The notes under the pieces: generated by a model
The model's database searches: none
What the model was told of the DNA's origin: nothing
Seen by the model: the letters and a program-made list of their open reading frames with translations, nothing else
Shown: one piece after another, positions 33,738 through 38,585 of the stretch
Layout: each line of letters opens with the position of its first letter
Position numbering within the stretch: the stretch's first letter is position 1
Program-made: the position numbers and the translations under genes
Assembly (NCBI GenBank): GCA_025935545.1
Contig: JAICVB010000001.1
Location: 1 to 38,585, forward strand
DNA length: 38,585 nucleotides
Reading direction: 5' to 3'
Source: Gemmatimonadales bacterium
GTDB lineage: Bacteria > Gemmatimonadota > Gemmatimonadetes > Gemmatimonadales > GWC2-71-9

Positions 33738-34607
33738 TCAGCGGGCCGGCGGCATGAGCGCGATGCTGAAGGTGGCCGACTGCTTGACCGGCAGCGACTG
33801 CCCGACGGCCGGTACGGTAATGGTCATGTCGCTCGACTCGGTGCCCGTCGTTTCCGCGAGCACGCCGTCGTTCCGGATCCGGCTCGTGAGATGGCGCGTG
33901 CCCGTCGCCTGCACTTCCGCCACCTGCCCGAACTGGCTGCCGCTGCCCGACCGCGTGAACGTGACGGTGCTCTCGATCCGGATGCCGCTGTCGGCCGCGG
34001 CGCGCGAGGCGACCACCGCGTTCTCCCGCACGTTGAACGCCATCGCCCGAAGGGTGTCGGTGAGGGTGTCGGTCCACGCCGCGCCATCCCGCGCGCCACC
34101 GGTCGGAAGCCTCGGGAAGAAGGCCGGCAGCATCCCGCTCAGCTGCTGTCCCACCGCGGTGCTTCGGTCGCTGGTGAGTCCCGCGAGCCGTCCCTCGGGA
34201 GTCAGTGTCCCGCTCCAGCGCGTTCCGCGGGCGCTGTCGGCGTCGGCCTGGCTGATGCCGATCCCGCCGACCACCAGCGAGTCGAGTACGATCGTCGCCC
34301 GCATGGGCGCCCCCGCGGAGGTCTCGACCGTCAGGTAAATGGTCCGCGTGAGCTCCTGGGTCTGGGCCAGGCCATTGGGCAGCTGCACGCTCACGCTGTC
34401 CCGCCGGCGCACCACGTACGCCGTGCTGCGCATCGGCTGGTACACCACCGCGCCGCGGCGGACCGCCGGCGTCCGCGCCGCGGAAGTCGCCGCCGGGCTC
34501 CGGCCGGTGGCCGGCGCCGGGGTCGTAGCCGGCGCGCCCCCCGAGGAGCCGCAGGCGGCCGCGACGCTCACGAGCGCCGCGGCTCCGATTGCTCCGACTC
34601 TCCGCAT
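33738..34607 (-). CDS. Hypothetical lipoprotein, paralogue of the upstream gene
   Basis: Signal MRRVGAIGAAALVSVAAACGSSGG. Beta-rich Ser/Thr-rich sequence. Shares DGAAWTDT and other blocks with the product of 34608..35378. Its ATG directly abuts the upstream stop (TAGATG). Confidence 0.55.
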   Translation of the reverse strand: MRRVGAIGAAALVSVAAACGSSGGAPATTPAPATGRSPAATSAARTPAVRRGAVVYQPMRSTAYVVRRRDSVSVQLPNGLAQTQELTRTIYLTVETSAGAPMRATIVLDSLVVGGIGISQADADSARGTRWSGTLTPEGRLAGLTSDRSTAVGQQLSGMLPAFFPRLPTGGARDGAAWTDTLTDTLRAMAFNVRENAVVASRAAADSGIRIESTVTFTRSGSGSQFGQVAEVQATGTRHLTSRIRNDGVLAETTGTESSDMTITVPAVGQSLPVKQSATFSIALMPPAR

Positions 34608-35378
34608 CTAGCGCAGCAGCGTGATGGTGAGGCTGCTCTTGAGCGTGAGCGGAATCGGATCGGGAAGCTGCGGCGTGGTGATGGCCAGCGTCGAGTTGGA
34701 GCTCGAGCTCCCGGAGACCAGCCGACCGTCCGCCGCGATGTAGTACGTCGCGGTCGCGGTGCCGGTGCCCTCCAGCTTGGCGCCCGCCTGCTCGCCGGTC
34801 ATGGCGGAGCTCGACGCGGCGTCCACCTTGAGCGCCCGGGTGCCTTCGCGCGTCTCGTTGCCGCTCGCCTTCCAGTTGGTGACCGTCCGGATGGTCATGT
34901 TGCCGTTGGGGATGTCATTGGTGACGTCGGTCGTGTCGGTCCACGCGGCGCCCACCTTCGTGTCCCGTTGCACCCGCGGCGTCAGCGCGAGGATGAGCGC
35001 GCTGGCGGTCGACGTCGGCTGGCCCTCCCGCAACGCCTTGATGCTCGAGACCTTGCCCTTCTCGAGGTACGCATGGAAGGCCTGTCCGCGGAGGCTGTCG
35101 AGAACCGCCTTCGACTCCGGCGCGGTCGTGGAGTCGCCGACGGCCGAGTCCACCACGAAATGGGCCACCCGGCCGGCGGCCGAGTCGGTCAGGGTGAGCG
35201 AAACGAAGAGTGAAGACGCGCTGTGCTTCTGCTGCTTCCCCTGCCCCGCCGCCGTGAGATCGACTTCCTGGTCGGTCACCTGCTGGATCCGGTAGTGCGT
35301 GGCGGCCGGTGGGGTCTGGGCGCCGATCGTGAAGACGCCGGAGGCCAGCGCCGCGAACGTCAGTGCTCGTGCCTGCAT
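34608..35378 (-). CDS. Hypothetical secreted protein, paralogue of the downstream gene
   Basis: Signal MQARALTFAALASGVFTIGAQ from ATG 35378 (GAGG 4 nt upstream). Shares the GAAWTDT motif and a C-terminal ..TGT...DG.L......ITxP...L block with the product of 33738..34607. Confidence 0.55.
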   Translation of the reverse strand: MQARALTFAALASGVFTIGAQTPPAATHYRIQQVTDQEVDLTAAGQGKQQKHSASSLFVSLTLTDSAAGRVAHFVVDSAVGDSTTAPESKAVLDSLRGQAFHAYLEKGKVSSIKALREGQPTSTASALILALTPRVQRDTKVGAAWTDTTDVTNDIPNGNMTIRTVTNWKASGNETREGTRALKVDAASSSAMTGEQAGAKLEGTGTATATYYIAADGRLVSGSSSSNSTLAITTPQLPDPIPLTLKSSLTITLLR

Positions 35379-35453
35379 GGGTACCTCGGTAAGGGTCGGA
35401 TGGCCGGACAAGGGATGAAAAATACGGAGGGGGACAGGCGGGGGGAAGGCAAA

Positions 35454-35475
35454 CGGGGGGCATCGCTGCCCCCCG
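35454..35475 (-). terminator. GC-rich hairpin just 3' of rnpB (CGGGGGGCA-GCGA-UGCCCCCCG followed by UUUGCC)
   Basis: Perfect 9-bp stem (35454-35462 and 35467-35475) with a 4-nt loop. Only a short, weak U tract follows on the minus strand. Confidence 0.5.
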
Positions 35476-35860
35476 TCCTGGTCGAGCCGTAAGCCGAGTT
35501 CTGTTTCCCTTGCGGGAGATGGTCATCTGTCTGGGACGGCCGTCGCCGGCCGCCTCGAGCAGCCTACCCGCGGCTGCCTCGCCCGCTTGCGCGAACGGGG
35601 GATCGGTGTGGGTCACACCTCGCCGCCTATTTGGCCTTGCTCCGACTGGGGGTTGCCGTGCCACTCCTGTTGCCAGGAGCGCGGTGGGCTCTTACCCCAC
35701 CGTTTCACCCTTACCGCCCGGTTGCCCGGGAGGCGGTCTGTTCTCTGTGGCCCTGTCCGTCGCCTTGCGGCGCCCAGGCGTTACCTGGCAGTCTACCCGA
35801 TGGAGCTCGGACTTTCCTCGAGCGCCTCGCGGCACCCGCGACCACCGCGCTCGACCAGTG
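35474..35860 (-). ncRNA. rnpB: RNase P RNA, bacterial type A
   Basis: The minus strand carries the universal blocks GAGGAAAGUCCGAGCUCCAUCGGG, GCCAGGUAACGCCUGGG, GGUAAGGGUGAAA, AGCAAGGCCAAAUAGG, GGGUAGGCUGCUCGAGG and ACAGAACUCGGCUUAC. P1 pairing is CUGGUCGAGC (35858-35849) with GCUCGACCAG (35487-35478). Ends are +/- a few nt. Confidence 0.92.
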
Positions 35861-35864
35861 CCGG

Positions 35865-35894
35865 AAGATAGCTAGCCCTCGCCCAGGCTGGCCA
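35865..35894 (-). promoter_or_regulatory. Candidate rnpB promoter embedded in the 3' end of the kinase gene (TGGCCA-18 nt-TATCTT)
   Basis: Minus-strand -10 TATCTT (35870-35865) sits 6-7 nt upstream of the predicted P1 5' end and directly follows the kinase TAG (35874-35872). -35-like TGGCCA at 35894-35889. Confidence 0.3.
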
Positions 35895-38585
35895 GACCGC
35901 GCTGCGCCTGCCGGACGAACGGATTGAGGGCCGGGTCGGCCGATTTCCACTGCTCCAGCACCTGGCGGAACTCCGCCCGCGCCTCGGTGGCCCGCCCCAG
36001 CTTCGCATGCAGCTCGGCCCGCATCAGCCGTACCCGGCCGATGAGTCCCCACCGCGGGTCAAACCCTCGCCGTGCATACACATCGGGCTCGAAGCTGTTC
36101 AGCAGCGAGAGCGCCGTCTGGTAATCTCCCAGCCGGTAGTACACCTCGGCCGCGAGCGGACGCTGGTAGACCATGTACCCCATTTTCGGGCTCGACGTGT
36201 CGGGCTCGGCCAGCACCCGCCGCGCCGCCACCGGATCGCGGCGCTGCAGCGCCAGCAGCGCCCGCACCTCCCTCGGCGGCTGCTCGCCGGTGAGCGACGT
36301 CAGCTCGGCCACCGCCGTCGAGTCACCCTCGGTGCCGGCGAACAGCTCGATGGCCGCGGTGCCGCCGGTCTCGACCACGCGCTTCCGGTCCGCGGCAGGC
36401 GCCATCCGGCCCGCCTCCGCGGCGCTCTGCCACACCCGCCGGAGCGACGCGGCCGGAGCCCCGACCGCCGCGTACAGCTGCCCCAGCGCGGAGCGGTGCC
36501 AGGTGTCACCGGCGTAGAAGCTCCGGGGCGATACCAGTCCGCCATAGACCTCGCGCCGGGCGCGGTCAGCCAGGTCGAGGGCGCGGGTCGCGTTGGTCAG
36601 GTCGCCCACGTAGGCAAAGACGTTGGCGGCCGACGCCAGGTCCTCGAAGACGGTCGGGTTTCCCGCGAGCTTCGGGAAATCGGTCGCCTCGGTCGTGTCG
36701 AGCGCGGTCCGGAGCGTGGCGGCGGCGCGCTCCACCTGCCCGGACGCGAACTGGATCCGCGCCTCGACGAACGGCGCCTCGGGGTCCGACGGTACCAGCG
36801 CGCGGTAGCGGCCGACTTCGGCGGTGGCGCCGGCATAGTCGCCGGCCGCGAGATAGGCATCGATCATCGCGGCGTGCGCGCGCAGCGTGGTCGGCTGGCT
36901 GCCGATCCACGCGCGGGCCAGGGCGACCACCTCGCCCCGCGCGCGCCGCATGGCGGCCATGCGGCTCAGGCTGTCCATCACCACCCGGCCGACGGAGTCG
37001 CGCGTCGGGGCCACCGAGTCGTTCGGCAGGAGCGCGAAGACCGCCGAGGGCCGCGCCGCCTCCGACAGGATGGTGCCGACATGGTCGTACGCGAGCGCGT
37101 AGTTGGGATCGAGCGCCAGCGCCCGGCGGAAGGCTCGGAGCCCCTGGGTCAGCTCGGTCCCGCGCGAGCGCCAGTCGGGATCGTGGAACCACGCCTCGCC
37201 CAGGCCGTACCACGCGTCGGCGTCGCCCGGGTTCCGGCTGATGAGCTGCTGGTAGAGCGCCCGGGAGGTGGGAAGGTCCATCCCGAGGAAGGCGCGATAG
37301 GCGTTCACCACGGTCCGCTCGTGATCGGGCAGGCGGGACGCATAGGTGGTGGCCCGCACCATGGCGGCGTCGGCGATCGAATCGGACGCGCCCACGATCC
37401 AGCCGCGCGTGAGCGCGAGCTTGTAGTACGCCAGCGCGAACGTGGTGTCGATCGCCACGGCGCGGCGGAGGTCGCGCTCGGCGTCGGCCAGGTCCCACCG
37501 GTTGAGCGCCTCCTGTCCCGCGAGATAGGCGCGGAATGCCTCGAGCGATCCCGTGGTGGCCTGCGCCAGGCTGGCCCGCACCTGGCTCGGCGCGCCCGAA
37601 AGGTCGAGGAGCCGGGCGGCCAGCTGGTCGAAGACGGGGCGGACATCCTCACCCGGGCGGTCATCCACCTGGGCCACGTCCACCCGCCGCCCCGTCGCGA
37701 CGTCATAGACCCGCGCCACCAGATGGAGCGAATCACCGGCCTGGTGGAAGTCGCCGAGGATGACCGTCCAGACCCCGGCGTCCCGGGCGAGCCGCCGCGC
37801 CATGTCGAGACCGATCGGCTCGCCGGCGCCGATCTTCCGCCGGGCCAGCAGGTCGTGCAGCCGCTCGTGATCCACCACCTGCAGGTCGTTCCACTGCGAC
37901 AGCGTGAGGGCCAGCATGCTCACGCTGCCGTCCTCCATCCACCGCATGGCCGGATCGCTGCGCAGGTTCTCGAACGGCAGCACCAGGATGGACTGCCGAG
38001 GATTGACGCCGGGCGGCACGCCGCCCTCCCGGGTCAGCGGCAGCGCCACCCCCGCCGCGACGACGCAGAGCGCGGCTGCCGCCGCCCAGCGTCCGAGCCG
38101 CCGCCCCTTCCCGGGCGCCGACGCCCGTGGCGCACCCGTCAGGGCTGCCCGGAACTCCTCGCCGGTCTGGAACCGGTCGGCCGGCGCCTTCTCGAGGGCG
38201 CGGGCCACGGCGTCGGCCAGCGCGGGCGGGCAGTCGGAGCGGAGCCGCCCGACCGGGGTCGGCCGCTCGCTCATATGCTTCGAGACGACGACGCGATTGG
38301 GGCCAGTGAAGGGCGGCATGCCGGTGAGCATCTCGTAGAGGACGATGCCCAGGGCGTAGAGGTCGCTCCTCCCGTCCACCGGCTCGCCCGTCGCCTGCTC
38401 GGGGCTCATGTACGCCGGTGTTCCGACCGTGACGCCAATCTGCGTGAACGTCGAGGTCTCACTCGCGGCGGCCGCGATTGCCTTGCCGATGCCGAAGTCC
38501 GCCACGACCGCGTGTCCCTCGTGCAGCAGGATGTTCTCGGGCTTGATGTCGCGGTGGACGACGTCGTGGCGGTGCGCGTAGTCGA
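35872..38585 (-). CDS. Ser/Thr protein kinase (Hanks type) with one TM helix, extracytoplasmic domain and long TPR region; 5' end outside the window
   Basis: The frame is open to the window edge: DYAHRHDVVHRDIKPENILL, DFGIGK, GTPAYMSPE. TM helix WAAAAALCVVAAGVALPL. Then the LVLPFENL... domain and multiple TPR-like repeats to the stop at 35872. Confidence 0.9.
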   Translation of the reverse strand, partial: DYAHRHDVVHRDIKPENILLHEGHAVVADFGIGKAIAAAASETSTFTQIGVTVGTPAYMSPEQATGEPVDGRSDLYALGIVLYEMLTGMPPFTGPNRVVVSKHMSERPTPVGRLRSDCPPALADAVARALEKAPADRFQTGEEFRAALTGAPRASAPGKGRRLGRWAAAAALCVVAAGVALPLTREGGVPPGVNPRQSILVLPFENLRSDPAMRWMEDGSVSMLALTLSQWNDLQVVDHERLHDLLARRKIGAGEPIGLDMARRLARDAGVWTVILGDFHQAGDSLHLVARVYDVATGRRVDVAQVDDRPGEDVRPVFDQLAARLLDLSGAPSQVRASLAQATTGSLEAFRAYLAGQEALNRWDLADAERDLRRAVAIDTTFALAYYKLALTRGWIVGASDSIADAAMVRATTYASRLPDHERTVVNAYRAFLGMDLPTSRALYQQLISRNPGDADAWYGLGEAWFHDPDWRSRGTELTQGLRAFRRALALDPNYALAYDHVGTILSEAARPSAVFALLPNDSVAPTRDSVGRVVMDSLSRMAAMRRARGEVVALARAWIGSQPTTLRAHAAMIDAYLAAGDYAGATAEVGRYRALVPSDPEAPFVEARIQFASGQVERAAATLRTALDTTEATDFPKLAGNPTVFEDLASAANVFAYVGDLTNATRALDLADRARREVYGGLVSPRSFYAGDTWHRSALGQLYAAVGAPAASLRRVWQSAAEAGRMAPAADRKRVVETGGTAAIELFAGTEGDSTAVAELTSLTGEQPPREVRALLALQRRDPVAARRVLAEPDTSSPKMGYMVYQRPLAAEVYYRLGDYQTALSLLNSFEPDVYARRGFDPRWGLIGRVRLMRAELHAKLGRATEARAEFRQVLEQWKSADPALNPFVRQAQRGLASLGEG

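Noticed and set aside
33315-35213. 632-aa plus-strand ORF spanning mtgA and the two paralogue genes
   Set aside because: It lies antisense to three genes that have signal peptides and GT51 motifs. Its translation is Arg/Gly/Pro-rich with no motifs.
35379-35453. Promoter for the paralogue-mtgA operon between the rnpB hairpin and ATG 35378
   Set aside because: TTGTCC and TATTTT-like hexamers are present, but not at a workable spacing. I could not support a specific -35/-10 pair.

Overview
This is a very GC-rich bacterial chromosomal window (roughly 70% GC by eye, not computed). It is densely coded and spans the canonical replication-origin neighbourhood: mnmE-yidC-yidD-rnpA-rpmH on the minus strand, diverging from dnaA-dnaN on the plus strand. 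I had no search tools, so all product calls rest on motifs I recognise in the translations. Gene content and style suggest a Gemmatimonadota-like organism, but that is inference only.

Left to right, the window holds:
- two M16 peptidases, a solitary HUH/Y1 transposase homologue, a NUDIX hydrolase, holA, a SPOR protein and mutS;
- a TonB-like protein, a cystathionine-beta-synthase-like enzyme, ddl, a rhomboid protease, a DUF2268-like protease with a CDGSH protein, and a formate/nitrite transporter;
- a long same-strand, tightly coupled block: xoxF (lanthanide-type PQQ methanol dehydrogenase), xoxJ, cytochrome c, ctaC-ctaD-ctaE, a small membrane protein, and ctaG fused to cytochrome c;
- a lipoprotein, a divergent Nramp-like transporter and two PRC-barrel proteins;
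- the origin block with a candidate oriC between dnaA and dnaN;
- a YtxH protein, mtgA preceded by two paralogous secreted proteins, a clear type-A RNase P RNA (rnpB, not in the ORF track), and a 5'-truncated Ser/Thr kinase with TPR repeats. rpmH (53 aa) is also absent from the ORF track and was found by hand.

I see no CRISPR array, prophage, rRNA/tRNA or recognisable defence system. The items most worth follow-up are:
- the contiguous xoxF-to-terminal-oxidase module;
- the Nramp-like transporter whose four metal ligands all differ from the canonical Nramp site (Glu, Ser, Ser and Tyr side chains), together with its PRC-barrel partners;
- the box/trio/AT-rich architecture of the putative oriC;
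- an rnpA that lacks any canonical start codon and abuts the rpmH stop as CTGA;
- rnpB starting about 12 nt after the kinase stop codon.

The many long antisense ORFs in the track are GC-composition artefacts.
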